Shown: piece after piece, positions 37,882 to 48,175 of the stretch
How the letters are laid out: each line of letters begins with the position of its first letter
How positions within the stretch are numbered: position 1 is the first letter of the stretch
Origin: an uncultured delta proteobacterium
Lineage (GTDB): Bacteria; Desulfobacterota; Binatia; UBA9968
DNA length: 64,000 nt
Direction: 5' to 3'
Assembly: GCA_963737905.1 (NCBI GenBank)
Contig: CAVTUQ010000005.1
Span: 96,001 to 160,000, forward strand
The notes under the pieces: generated by a model
What the model was told of the DNA's origin: nothing
The model's database searches: none
What the model saw: only the letters and a program-made list of their open reading frames with translations
Program-made: the position numbers and the translations under genes

Positions 37882-38493
37882 TTATTTCTTGAAGCCGCCG
37901 AAGAGCGCCCGGGTTTCGCCTGTCCAGAAGCGTTGCACGTCCTGAAAACCGGCGTCCCTTAGCCACTTAAATTGATCTTCCAAAGGTGGTCGCTCACGGT
38001 CGAAATTGATGAAACAACCGCCACTCTTGACCAGGGGAAAGATATCTCCATAGATGCGCTCGATGATTTTTGGGCTACGGACGTTATGGATCGCGATGGC
38101 AGAGACAACCGCTTCGAAGGGACCGGTGAGCTTTTGGCTCCAGCCGGGCTTGGAAAAATCGCAGAGGACGTAGTCAAAGCGTCCTTTGAGGTGCTGCATG
38201 CGCTCTTGCCCGAGCTTTTCCATCTGCTCGGACCCGTCCTGGCAGACAGCGGTAGCGTTTGAAAAATGACCTAGGAGGAATTGGGTCAGGGCGCCGTACC
38301 CGGCGCCGACATCAAGAATTCTAATGGGGGAATTCTTGTCGTAGGGGATCGTTTCCGCCAGCACGCGGAAGGGTTCCTGTCGGGCGGTCTCTTTTTGGTC
38401 CTGTCCCGATGCCCAATCGGAAACATAGTTGGGAGAATCCCAATCGTGATGATCGTGACGGTGCTCATGTGAGGAGTGCGATGTGGTAGCCAT
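37882..38493 (-). CDS. Class I SAM-dependent methyltransferase with His-rich N-terminus
   Basis: ILDVGAGYG, VVSAIAIHN, GGCFINFD; SHSSHEHRHDHH. Confidence 0.85.
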   Translation of the reverse strand: MATTSHSSHEHRHDHHDWDSPNYVSDWASGQDQKETARQEPFRVLAETIPYDKNSPIRILDVGAGYGALTQFLLGHFSNATAVCQDGSEQMEKLGQERMQHLKGRFDYVLCDFSKPGWSQKLTGPFEAVVSAIAIHNVRSPKIIERIYGDIFPLVKSGGCFINFDRERPPLEDQFKWLRDAGFQDVQRFWTGETRALFGGFKK

Positions 38494-38555
38494 ATGAAAT
38501 CCGCCTTTCTTTGCTGTTTAGAGATTATCAAACATTGTATTGCCTGTCATTCCCC

Positions 38556-39389
38556 CTATTTCTGCAACCGGAAACGATAGATATAAGTAAATTCCGCCGG
38601 GACATTCTTACCGTCTCTTTGGGCCGGCTCGAAGCGGGATAGTTTCACTGCTTTCAGCGCTTCTTCATCGAAACCGGGGCCGCCGCTCTTGGTGATTTCC
38701 GCCTTTGTAACTTTTCCTTCAGTGTCGATCTCGATTCTCAAAGTAACGTCGCCTTCCATACCCATGCGCAAAGCTATTGGAGGATAGACCGCCCGGACAG
38801 TTTGTACTGGTTTGGCTTCGCGGTTGGTTCTCAGGGGCGTCGTCGGCGCCGGAAGGCCGGGAGCACCCGACCCTCTGCCCAAACCAGAGCTAGCGGTGCC
38901 TCCGCCGCCACCGGACGTCCCCGAGCCCGGCACAACGGCTACGTCGCCTTTGCCGAAAAGATTTCCGGCGCCGGCTTCGCTGCCGCCGCCTTCGACTCGC
39001 GCGGTAGGGGCCAATTCGGGAGTGGGTTCAGGTTTAGTTGTTTCTGCGGGTTTTGTTTCGACGGGCTTGACCGGCTCCTCTTTGGGCGGAGCAGCCGGCG
39101 GTGGTGTCGGTTTGGGTTGGATAATTTCCCTTTTGGCCAACGGCTTTGGCTCTTTGGTTTTTTCGACTTTCGGAGGTGGAGGCAGCGGCTTTTTGATCTC
39201 GGGAGGCGTCTCTATTTTTTGGATCGGTTTGGGTTGTTCCTGGCGCGGCACGTCGACAAGACTGATGGGCAGGAAATCTTGACGGCGCAAATTGACAGTG
39301 TGCTTTAAGATGATGGACGCCAGGACAATCACTGCGCCGTGAATGAAGCAGGAGGCGATTAAAGATAAGCTCAGCGAGTCATCTCTCAC
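38556..39389 (-). CDS. tonB: TonB energy transducer
   Basis: TM with SCFIH, Pro/Lys-rich linker, YPPIA..GMEGDV..FEPA. Confidence 0.9.
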   Translation of the reverse strand: MRDDSLSLSLIASCFIHGAVIVLASIILKHTVNLRRQDFLPISLVDVPRQEQPKPIQKIETPPEIKKPLPPPPKVEKTKEPKPLAKREIIQPKPTPPPAAPPKEEPVKPVETKPAETTKPEPTPELAPTARVEGGGSEAGAGNLFGKGDVAVVPGSGTSGGGGGTASSGLGRGSGAPGLPAPTTPLRTNREAKPVQTVRAVYPPIALRMGMEGDVTLRIEIDTEGKVTKAEITKSGGPGFDEEALKAVKLSRFEPAQRDGKNVPAEFTYIYRFRLQK

Positions 39390-39799
39390 TGGCGGAGGTC
39401 CTTGGGTTTCACGGCGATGGCCATCTTAGCGACGCCCGCCTGGCGAGCATCGTCCATCACATCGACCACCCGTCCGTGCTCGACCCGCTCATCTGCGTTG
39501 ATCAGTATGAGTAGATCGGGATTCACTGCAAGCCGCTGTTGGAGTACGGTGCGGATGCTTTCGCGCGGGACTTCCTGCTTATCGATGAAGACCTTGCCGT
39601 CCGGAGTGATGGTGACGGCGGCGCTTTCACTGGCGGGCTGTTGTCCCGTGGCGGCCTTCGGCAGGTTGACCGGTAGCCCGCTGTAGCGGGCCATCGATAA
39701 GGTCGAGATCATGAAAAAGACCAGCAGGAAAAAGATCGTGTCGATCATCGGAATGATCTCGATGCGGGCCTTCTTGATGGTTCTGCGCGAAAGCCGCAT
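39386..39799 (-). CDS. exbD: ExbD/TolR
   Basis: IEIIPMIDTIFFLLVFFM; INADERV. Confidence 0.92.
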   Translation of the reverse strand: MRLSRRTIKKARIEIIPMIDTIFFLLVFFMISTLSMARYSGLPVNLPKAATGQQPASESAAVTITPDGKVFIDKQEVPRESIRTVLQQRLAVNPDLLILINADERVEHGRVVDVMDDARQAGVAKMAIAVKPKDLRQ

Positions 39800-40407
39800 T
39801 AGCTTTTCCCCTCCTGTTCGGCCAGCAACAGCTCCAGGCGCGAGCCGTAATACTCAATCTCTTCGAGCTCCCGTTCTGCACGGTTCGTGAAATAGTTGTA
39901 CGGAACGAGGGTGAGAATAGCGATCAAAAGCCCCGCGGCGGTGGCGATCAGGGCCTCGGCTACACCGCCGGTGACCGCATGGGGCTGCCCGAGGCCGGCC
40001 TCCGACATGATGCCGAAAGAACTGATCATGCCGGTGATGGTTCCCAGTAACCCCAAAAGGGGTGCCAGAGTGATAATGGTGTCGAGAATGGTCAGGCGCT
40101 TTTTCAAAACCGGGATCTCGGCCTGGGCCGCTACTTCTAGGGCTTTGGCAAGCGAAGGGTTTCGGTGTTCGAGACCGGCGGTTAAGACTCGGGCGGCGGG
40201 CAAATCGACCCTCTGGCCCAGTTCGGTGGCTTTGGCAAACTCCCGTTGTTCCACCAGTTGCAGCAGCTCTTCTACCGGCTGCCGGGAGCGCGTTTTGCGC
40301 CAAAAGATGAATCGCTCGATAACAACGGCCAAAGAAATGATCGAGCAGGCCAACAGCGGGACCATGACCGGCCCGCCCTTGATGATGATCCCAATAAAAT
40401 CAAACAC
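39799..40407 (-). CDS. exbB: ExbB/TolQ/MotA proton channel
   Basis: APLLGLLGTITGMI; GVAEALIATAAGL. Confidence 0.92.
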   Translation of the reverse strand: MFDFIGIIIKGGPVMVPLLACSIISLAVVIERFIFWRKTRSRQPVEELLQLVEQREFAKATELGQRVDLPAARVLTAGLEHRNPSLAKALEVAAQAEIPVLKKRLTILDTIITLAPLLGLLGTITGMISSFGIMSEAGLGQPHAVTGGVAEALIATAAGLLIAILTLVPYNYFTNRAERELEEIEYYGSRLELLLAEQEGKS

Positions 40408-40519
40408 GGTGGTTGCTCTTTCTCAAATATACCATGGGTAGTTCGTTCATTTATTAACCGATGCAGCCACATTGCAGGGTTTCACAGGATCGGCTCCCAA
40501 TTGAAATTTTAGCGCGCCG

Positions 40520-41276
40520 CTATTCCACGGGAAAAACCAAGACCGCTTTGAGCACGTGGAGATCATAGTCCGTCTCTGCCACCGTCATTCTTCTCTCAAC
40601 ACGAACCAACCATGCGCCGGGATGGGTAATCTTTACCCGAGCGATGCCGTCGCGTGACTCAGTCGCGTAGGCGTAAGTGTTGTAGTACCGGCTGAAGCCG
40701 TCATAGGTGGCAAAAACATTGGCCTGCAGTGGGTTACTGTCAAAAAGAATCCTGAAAACCAGTTCGTCTCCAACTCGCGCTGCGGTGGGATCGGTGGTAG
40801 GGACGATTTCCAACCGATGGCCCAGAACTTTCTCATAATTTCTATCGGAAGCTTCCACAACAATCAAAGTCTTGGAGAACTTCTCAAACCTTGCCCTTTG
40901 CGGCTTGGCCGTATCCTGTGCTGCCAAGGTTTCAATCGGCTCCAACAAATGGCCGGCAATTACAGCCGTGCCTTTAGTGTGGACGGCCGCCGTTCCATCT
41001 AAGGTTTGCAGAATATTATTTTCTTTCGGCGGCAGATCCACTGATTTATTGCCTTCAAGCAACGATGCTTTGACGGTGTTGGCGGGAAGTAACTCTTCTC
41101 CGCTCATGAAAACGTGGGTCGAAAGAACGCTCCAAAGGCACTTTATCACGGGCATTAACGCGCAACGACGCCGGTTTGATGATGAATTCGTGGGCATGAA
41201 CGGTTGAAATCAACGACCACGTTCCCATTGCAAGTAGCAGCAGCACTACCGCAAGCAGCTTGGTTAATCCTTTCAT
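40520..41276 (-). CDS. DUF4198 family protein (frameshift near 41132)
   Basis: Signal + HEFIIKP in one frame; STHVF..EKFSKTL..LEIVPTTDP..G.WLVRV in the next. Confidence 0.75.
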
Positions 41277-41291
41277 TGATTTTCTCCGTGC

Positions 41292-43316
41292 TTACCAGAC
41301 GTGAATCGTGACTCCAGCCTTCGCCGTAAACGGGTCGCCGGGAGTGAAGTTAGAGCCGAGCACTCCCTCCGGTGGCTCATCTCGCAGTCGCGATACGAAC
41401 GCGTGTTCCGCGCTGCGCCATTTTGTGTTGGCCAGATTTTGGAACACGACGAAGAACTCATAGCGCTGCCAAATGTATTTTAGAAACAGATCAAAGATTG
41501 CGGACTGAGGCACTGTGATGGTGCGGTCTTCGATCGCATAGCGGGTGCCGATGTAGCGCATTTGAAGTCTCGCCTGGAGGCCCGAATCATGGCGGGCCGT
41601 CAAGCCGGTGAAGGCGAGGGCGCGCGGCGCCAGCGGCACTGCGTCGCCGTTGAGAAATCTTGCCCAGGTGTAGGAGGCGTCGATGTCATAAGTTAACCAG
41701 GGCAGGATGTCGTAGCGGAATTCGGCTTCCAGGCCGTGACGCCGGCTTGCTCCTTGGGGCTCGAAAGTTCCCGTGTCGCCTTCAAACACCAACTCGCTCG
41801 ATAGATAGGATCTCCAATAGGCGGCGCTGAATTCCATTTTTTCCAACAATCGTGTCCTCATGCCGAGCTCGCCACCCCAGAAACGGGCCAGCGGCCTGGT
41901 GGAATCTTGAACGATTACACGGGCATCGTTGCTATGGAAACCGCCGCCGAGGTTCACAAACAAGTTCGTCCTTTGAGCGAATTGATTGTCGGTGAATGGA
42001 CTGAAAATCAAGTTCAATTTTGGACTGGCGATGGATCCGGAAGCGGTGCCGGCGATGGGTTGGGTTGCCGGTCCGGCCTGGCTCACGCCCCACCAGAAGT
42101 TGTCTAGTCGAGCGCCGAGCTGACCTCGAAACCAATTAGTCGGCCGGATTTCCTGCTGGGCAAACCAGCTCAAGTTGGTTATCTGAATGTCGTTGTCGTT
42201 GGTAGTGCTCAGCCGGTGGCGCTTCTCCTGATTGAAGAGGCCGACCGTGATGCGATCGAACCGGCTCTGAAAGCCAAGAAGCGTTTCTGTGGGTATATCC
42301 CCAAACAAATAGTTACGCCGGTATGTGACGTTGTTACCGGCAAGAAAACGCTTGTCATCCTGCTCGATGCCGTCACCCTGGACCGGGTTGTTGAGAAACA
42401 AGGTGAAGTTTGACCACAGCTGGAGCCGGTACCACGACATCCAGGTTTGAGCCCTCAGAGATTGATTGGCGTCGGCAAAGTTGTAGATGAGGCTCAAGTT
42501 TTGCCTCGCGGAATTTCCTCCCTCGCTTGAGTCTTCGGAGCCAAAACGGCCGAGAGTTCCGTCTCTAACCGCGCGGGAAGGAATCTCGCCGGAGGCATTC
42601 CAGTTGGTTGAGAAGTAAGTGGCAAGGAAATCCAACGTCGATCGCGCGTTGGAAATGATGTTGAAATTGCTGAAGAAATTATAGCGGTTATATTCGCTCG
42701 GATTCTTGAACGGACCATCGCTATGGTAATACTCAAACGCCATATAAGGCCTCAAAGAGGTCCCTTCAGGGGCCGAGAGGATACCGAGAAACCGCGCGGT
42801 CTCATAGCTGCCGCCCATCACGGTGGCAGTCGAATCTTTGTCGAAGCGTTTCGTGACGATGTTGATAGCGCCCGACGTGGCGAAATCTCCGAGATGAGGG
42901 AAATATGAACCCTTGTAGATTTCCACCCGGTCGATCATTTCAGGAATCAGCCAGTGCAGGTCAGCGTATCCCTGGCCATGGGCATTGCTGGGCATGTTGA
43001 CCGGAATACCGTCGACGCTAACCTGGAAGTCGGTTCCGTGATCGGAATCGAAACCGCGGAAAAGGATCTGATCCGCTTTTCCACCTCCGTGGTGCTGGCT
43101 GATGGTCAGGCCCGGCACCAGCCGCATGACGTCGCTGGGTGTGTTGGAAGGTCGAAGCTCCAAATCCTTTGACCACCGAGTTTGCTCCGTTGCTGCCGAT
43201 GTCGGCAGCTCGCCCCACGTGTAAACCTCAATCGGATCGGCTTCGCCGCCGTTGGCGACCAGCGCCCGCGCCAAAAAAACAACAATTGCCAAGATGAGGA
43301 TAGATAAGAGGCGCAT
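41292..43316 (-). CDS. TonB-dependent receptor (Ni/Co-type)
   Basis: RBS GGAGG before ATG 43316; plug QHHGGGKADQ..RGF..DHGTD..HGQGYADL; terminal W. Confidence 0.9.
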   Translation of the reverse strand: MRLLSILILAIVVFLARALVANGGEADPIEVYTWGELPTSAATEQTRWSKDLELRPSNTPSDVMRLVPGLTISQHHGGGKADQILFRGFDSDHGTDFQVSVDGIPVNMPSNAHGQGYADLHWLIPEMIDRVEIYKGSYFPHLGDFATSGAINIVTKRFDKDSTATVMGGSYETARFLGILSAPEGTSLRPYMAFEYYHSDGPFKNPSEYNRYNFFSNFNIISNARSTLDFLATYFSTNWNASGEIPSRAVRDGTLGRFGSEDSSEGGNSARQNLSLIYNFADANQSLRAQTWMSWYRLQLWSNFTLFLNNPVQGDGIEQDDKRFLAGNNVTYRRNYLFGDIPTETLLGFQSRFDRITVGLFNQEKRHRLSTTNDNDIQITNLSWFAQQEIRPTNWFRGQLGARLDNFWWGVSQAGPATQPIAGTASGSIASPKLNLIFSPFTDNQFAQRTNLFVNLGGGFHSNDARVIVQDSTRPLARFWGGELGMRTRLLEKMEFSAAYWRSYLSSELVFEGDTGTFEPQGASRRHGLEAEFRYDILPWLTYDIDASYTWARFLNGDAVPLAPRALAFTGLTARHDSGLQARLQMRYIGTRYAIEDRTITVPQSAIFDLFLKYIWQRYEFFVVFQNLANTKWRSAEHAFVSRLRDEPPEGVLGSNFTPGDPFTAKAGVTIHVW

Positions 43317-43329
43317 GTTACCTCCCGGA

Positions 43330-43356
43330 GTAGTACGTATTTTCATTCCGTAATAT
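43330..43356. promoter_or_regulatory. Candidate NikR operator at the TonB-dependent receptor
   Basis: GTAGTAC-N13-GTAATAT immediately upstream of the RBS. Confidence 0.55.
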
Positions 43357-43519
43357 CCCAAGTCAAAAAATTTTTGCTGCGATTCTGCGAGCCGGTTGAC
43401 CGAGTGTGGTTGTGGTAAAGGCCTTGTGCTGGTGATCATGTTCATGAACCTGGTCTGTTCGCGGATCCGCGAGACTATGTTATCAATCCCATTTTCGTGC
43501 TATTCAACCCCAAAAAATT

Positions 43520-43936
43520 TTAGTTCTCTATTTCGGGGGTAGTCGTTACCAGCTTGCCATTCTGGACCCCCTTGGTGGCGATCAGTTTGCCGGCGATCTC
43601 GTGCACTTTGTCGCCGCGCCCCCGGATGACGATGACCTCAAGACAATTGTGCTCGTCCAAATGAATGTGCAGGCTGGCATTGACGGCCACATGAGCCTTA
43701 TGCTGCATGTCCGCCAAGAGATCGCTCAGGTGATGCACCCGATGGTCATAGACGAGAGTGACAACGCCGATGACTTCGGTATCTGCCAGTCCTATCTTCT
43801 TTTGAATGAGGTGGTCGCGAATGAGATCTCGGATGGCTTCCGACCGGTTTTGATAGCCTTGACCGCCGATGCTTCTGTCAAACGCTTGCAGCAGATCATC
43901 TTCGAGCGACACGCCGAATCTGGAAAGGTGGTGCAT
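43520..43936 (-). CDS. nikR: Nickel-responsive regulator NikR
   Basis: RFGVSL RHH domain, NRSEAIRDLIR, YDH, HIHLDEHNCLE. Confidence 0.95.
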   Translation of the reverse strand: MHHLSRFGVSLEDDLLQAFDRSIGGQGYQNRSEAIRDLIRDHLIQKKIGLADTEVIGVVTLVYDHRVHHLSDLLADMQHKAHVAVNASLHIHLDEHNCLEVIVIRGRGDKVHEIAGKLIATKGVQNGKLVTTTPEIEN

Positions 43937-43959
43937 AGTCCGCCTCAGGCAAATGTTGC

Positions 43960-43986
43960 GTAGCACGAACTTTAATGCCGTGTCAA
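43960..43986. promoter_or_regulatory. Candidate NikR autoregulatory operator overlapping TTGACA -35
   Basis: GTAGCAC-N13-GTGTCAA; minus-strand TTGACA at 43981-43986. Confidence 0.55.
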
Positions 43987-44063
43987 ACCACGATTTCTGT
44001 CCAATTTTACTAACTAATCCCGAGGGAGGAGAACTTTATATTGTAGCTGCGGTGCGCGGGGTA

Positions 44064-45191
44064 CTAATCCGGCCAGCGCAGTAAGGTGATGAACTGGAGT
44101 GCACCCGGACTGCCTGTTTTCGCTGTGTCGTTGTCGTAAACCAAGGCCAGGCGGGCTCTCCGCACCTGGCTGCCACTGGAAGCAGCCTCTTCGGAAAGGA
44201 CACACACGCCCTCCGCCTTACCATCATGGCCGAAAAGCCAGACCTTCTGAGGCTCGACGAGTCGTAGATCGCCAAGCTTTATCCTATCGGGTGGCACCTG
44301 AGCGGGACGGGACGTCGAGATTTTCTCGTCGGACAGAAACCATAGTGTGTTGCCATGATAACGGTTGGTCCTATCCTCAGTGGACGTGAGAATGAAAAAG
44401 CCATTCCACGCGGGCATGTAGTCGATAGACGACAATCCTGAGAGGTTTCCTTGGCGTTCACCCGCATTGAATCTGAAGAGGGGGCTCAATGCGAGCTTGG
44501 CGTTTGGGAGGGGTAATTGGGTGATATCAGCGGCGTAAACACGGATAGGATTATGCGGCTCCCGCAGGCCGACGACCAGTTCACGTAGTGTTAGCTGCCC
44601 CGCGTTGTCGCGCAACGTTCGCACTGTCAGCCCTTCTATATTCACTTCGTTTTTCCTAGGATCACGGTGGTATCCTTCCGCCGCCAACGCGTCTCCTATA
44701 TCCCATTCAATGATCGATTCTGAGTCAATGACGAATGGTTTTTCGCCCGCGCCATCGCTTCGCAAACGGAAACGCAACAAACGCGGAACGGCCATAGGTC
44801 TCTTTTGGGCTCCCTCTTCAGTCGGCTGCTCAACGAAACGTGAGCCAATGACGTAGTAAGCTCCTTCATCGTCGTGTGCCAGGTCCTCCCACTTGGGCCT
44901 ATTGTCAAAGACGCCCACGCTAAATGACTGCTTGATCCGTCCGGTGGCCGCTTCGACTACGCTGAGACATGCGTTTTTATCGCAGGCCACTAGAAGCATA
45001 CTGCCATCCCCAATCGTCGCCACTCCCGATGGCTCAATTTTTTTATCTTCCTTCCCCGTATCAGCGGTTAAGAAAGGGATCGGAAGTTGTGCAATCTCGA
45101 CTTGTACCTCCTGTGCTCTCACGGCGAGAGTCGGATGCAGTAGAACCAACCCAAGAAACGTCACACACGCCGCCGGCAGAAGTCGCCACAT
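44064..45191 (-). CDS. Exported DUF3616/phytase-like beta-propeller protein
   Basis: Signal peptide; EPSGV, WEDLA..YYVIGS, NIEGL, KAEGV..VYDN. Confidence 0.6.
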   Translation of the reverse strand: MWRLLPAACVTFLGLVLLHPTLAVRAQEVQVEIAQLPIPFLTADTGKEDKKIEPSGVATIGDGSMLLVACDKNACLSVVEAATGRIKQSFSVGVFDNRPKWEDLAHDDEGAYYVIGSRFVEQPTEEGAQKRPMAVPRLLRFRLRSDGAGEKPFVIDSESIIEWDIGDALAAEGYHRDPRKNEVNIEGLTVRTLRDNAGQLTLRELVVGLREPHNPIRVYAADITQLPLPNAKLALSPLFRFNAGERQGNLSGLSSIDYMPAWNGFFILTSTEDRTNRYHGNTLWFLSDEKISTSRPAQVPPDRIKLGDLRLVEPQKVWLFGHDGKAEGVCVLSEEAASSGSQVRRARLALVYDNDTAKTGSPGALQFITLLRWPD

Positions 45192-45495
45192 TTTCTTGTC
45201 CTTTCTCGCAGGCCATTTGGGAACCGAATATCGCCGGTCGCCTTTTTTGGTTGTATCGACCTTGGATCCTTACATAAAGTGTTTCGACCCATTAAGCGAG
45301 AGCGATCATGAGTTTTTGCATGCATTTTGCGGTCAATTCGATGCCACTTTCACGTTTTGAGCGTGTGTGAGAATGGCTATTGGAATTAATTTCGTTTGAA
45401 CGGACAAGTGTAAAATCAACGTCTCTTCTTCACAGTGAGAACGATGTCGTTCACCGGGGGTTTGTGCTTGACCCGAGGGCTTAGTACATGATAGC

Positions 45496-45508
45496 TGACA
45501 TAATGTCA
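45496..45508. promoter_or_regulatory. Palindromic operator upstream of the mod regulator
   Basis: TGACAT-A-ATGTCA, 7 nt before ATG 45516. Confidence 0.5.
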
Positions 45509-45515
45509 AATATAG

Positions 45516-46700
45516 ATGGAGTCAGTGAACCAAGAAAATCCAATCGAAACTGAAAACAGGGTGCGAGAAAAGCGCCAAACGCTGCACCTTTCGCAAAAGC
45601 AACTAGCCGAACTGGCGGGGATCACGCGTCAAGCGATTTGCGCAGTCGAGGCCAATCAATACTCGCCTTCGACTTCGGTGGCTTTGAAGCTTGCTCAGGT
45701 ATTGCGCTGCAGAGTCGAGGATCTCTTTTATCTGAAAAGCAATGGCGAGGTCGTGGAAGGGGAGCTGATCGGCCCTCTACCGAAAGGTTTCAACAAGGTC
45801 CGTGCCCAGGTCAGTCGAGTAGGGGCGCGGATACTGGTTCGTCCTCTGGTCGGTCTGGGAGAGCTTGCCACGCTTTCGACAACCGCCGACGGTCTGATTC
45901 TCGAACCTGGATCCGACGCCCAACACGTGAAGGTTCAGCTCCTTGAAAATCGTCAGGCTCTGAGCCGCAACATTGTTATCGCAGGATGTGACCCGGCAAT
46001 GTTTCTTGCGTCCGAACACCTCAAACAGCGAACCGAGGATAATCTAGTGCCTTGTCTCATGGGGAGCAGCTCCGCAATTGGCGCGCTGAAACGAGGCGAG
46101 GTGCACGTCGCCGGGGTTCACTTGATCGATGAGCGTTCGGGAGCCTGGAACCTTCCCTATCTGGACCGTAATCTCAACGGGATGGATTGCCTGGTTGTTA
46201 CCTTTGCTCATTGGGAAGAGGGATTGATTGTCAGACAAGGAAATCCCAAGAAGATACGCGGCGTTCAGGATTTGGCTCGTCGAGGGATAACAATCGTCAA
46301 CCGGGAAAACGGCTCCGGAGCGCGTCGCCTGCTCGATCGTCAACTGGAAAGCTGTGGAATAGAGCCGGCCAAGGTCAAAGGGTATGACAAGGAGGTTCTC
46401 TCACACCTGGAGGTTGCCGCGCGAGTCAAAGCCAGTTTGGCGGACGCCGGGTTCGGGATAGAAGCGGCAGCCTCGATCTGCGGTCTTGATTTCGTCGCTT
46501 TGCAGCGTGAGCGTTACGACTTGGTTATTCCCAAAGCCCATTACGACCTTTTGCCAGGTTTGAGAAGGCTCCTCGATATGATAGTCAGCAAAAATTTCCG
46601 GGATGAGCTGGATGGACTAGGCGGATACGATACGCGCGAGATCGGCAAAGTCGTGGAACGAGCAATTAGCAAAGCAGTGCGAAACAATCCAGGAAGCTAG
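45516..46700 (+). CDS. XRE-HTH + periplasmic-binding-like (molybdate) domain regulator
   Basis: LSQKQLAELAGITRQ..YSPS; GSSSAI..HVAGVHL; NRENGSGAR; ERYDL. Confidence 0.85.
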   Translation: MESVNQENPIETENRVREKRQTLHLSQKQLAELAGITRQAICAVEANQYSPSTSVALKLAQVLRCRVEDLFYLKSNGEVVEGELIGPLPKGFNKVRAQVSRVGARILVRPLVGLGELATLSTTADGLILEPGSDAQHVKVQLLENRQALSRNIVIAGCDPAMFLASEHLKQRTEDNLVPCLMGSSSAIGALKRGEVHVAGVHLIDERSGAWNLPYLDRNLNGMDCLVVTFAHWEEGLIVRQGNPKKIRGVQDLARRGITIVNRENGSGARRLLDRQLESCGIEPAKVKGYDKEVLSHLEVAARVKASLADAGFGIEAAASICGLDFVALQRERYDLVIPKAHYDLLPGLRRLLDMIVSKNFRDELDGLGGYDTREIGKVVERAISKAVRNNPGS

Positions 46701-47477
46701 GTGAAGATGTTGCAATATGTGCGCAAATCACTATCCGTGGTCGCGGTATTCATCGCGTTGGCCTGGACCCAGACCAATGCATGGGCAGATGAAATTTTAG
46801 TTTCGGCGGCGGCGAGCCTCACCGACGTACTGAACGAGATCAGCAAGGGTTATCAGTCGAAATCGAAAAATACGGTCAAATTCAATTACGGCCCGTCCAG
46901 CGGCCTGGCGCGGCAAATCGAGGAAGGCGCGCCGGCGGATATCTTTTTTTCTGCCGATCTCCCGCAGATGGATAATCTGGATAAAAAAGGCAGGCTCGAA
47001 CCCGGCACGCGCAAAAACCTGCTTTCAAATCAGTTCGTGATCATCGTGCCGATGGATTCCAAGCTCGCCATATCGTCACCAAAGGACTTAGTGAAAGCCG
47101 ACGTCAAAAGGATCGCGCTTGCCGAGCCGTCCTCCGTCCCGGCGGGCGTCTACAGCAAAAAATACCTTGTCGACGAAGGGTTGTGGAATAAGGTCGAAGC
47201 CAAGGTTGTACCCGTGCAAGATGTGCGCGCGACACTGGCTTCGGTGGAATCCGGCAATGTCGAAGCCGGATTCGTCTACAAGACTGATGCCGCCGTCTCC
47301 AAGAAAGTGAAGATCGTCTACGAGGTGCCGATTGATAAAGGTCCGAGGATCACCTATCCCGTAGCGATCGTGAAAGAATCAAAGCATAAGGATGCCGCCC
47401 GTGATTTTCTGAACTACGTTTCTAGTCCGGCAGCCAAGGATGTTTTCAAAAAATTCGGCTTTGTCGTGATAGACTGA
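46701..47477 (+). CDS. modA: Molybdate ABC substrate-binding protein
   Basis: AAASL, SSGLARQIEEGAPADIFFSA, VPAG, VYKTDA. Confidence 0.93.
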   Translation: MKMLQYVRKSLSVVAVFIALAWTQTNAWADEILVSAAASLTDVLNEISKGYQSKSKNTVKFNYGPSSGLARQIEEGAPADIFFSADLPQMDNLDKKGRLEPGTRKNLLSNQFVIIVPMDSKLAISSPKDLVKADVKRIALAEPSSVPAGVYSKKYLVDEGLWNKVEAKVVPVQDVRATLASVESGNVEAGFVYKTDAAVSKKVKIVYEVPIDKGPRITYPVAIVKESKHKDAARDFLNYVSSPAAKDVFKKFGFVVID

Positions 47478-47499
47478 GCCGACGAAGCCTCATCGTTTC

Positions 47500-48175
47500 G
47501 TGATCCCTTCCTTTGAAACCTGGCAGATCACCCTCTTTTCCATTGCCGTCGGACTTGCTAGCACGCTCCTGATTCTGCCGTTTGGTATCGCGCTGGCGTG
47601 GCTCTTCGCGCGCAAAGAGTGGCCGCTAAAGAGTGTCGTCGAAACCGTCGTGCTTCTGCCGCTGGTGATGCCGCCGGTTTCGACCGGGCTGATCCTGCTC
47701 AAAATCTTCGGCCGGCGTAGCCCGTTGGGTCATTGGCTCTACGAGCGCGGCATAGAAATCGTTTTCAACTGGAAAGGGGTACTGATCGCCATGTCGGTGA
47801 TGTCCTTTCCTCTGCTCGTCCGATCGGTCCGGACGTCTTTTGCCGAGGTCAATCTCCGGCTCGAGCAAATTGCCGCAACCCTCGGCGCTTCGCCCGTGAA
47901 AATTTTCTTCGTCATCACCATCCCGCTCGCTTACAAAGGCATCGTTGCCGGGCGCTCTGCTGGCGTTTTCGCGCGCTTTGGGAGAATTCGGAGCGACAAT
48001 CCTGTTGGCAGGCAACATCCCAGGCAAGACGCAAACGCTGTCCTTGGCAATCTATAATTTCGTGCAATTGGGCAAGGATCCCGAAGCCTATACCTTGCTA
48101 GGCATCACCGTCGCCTTGGCATTCCTTTTCGTCTGGTCCTCCGAATGGCTGTTACGGTCAGAAAAGAAGGCGTAA
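47500..48175 (+). CDS. modB: Molybdate ABC permease (frameshift near 47951)
   Basis: LPLVMPPV, FPLLVR; next frame LAFSRALGEFGAT..GNIPG. Confidence 0.9.
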
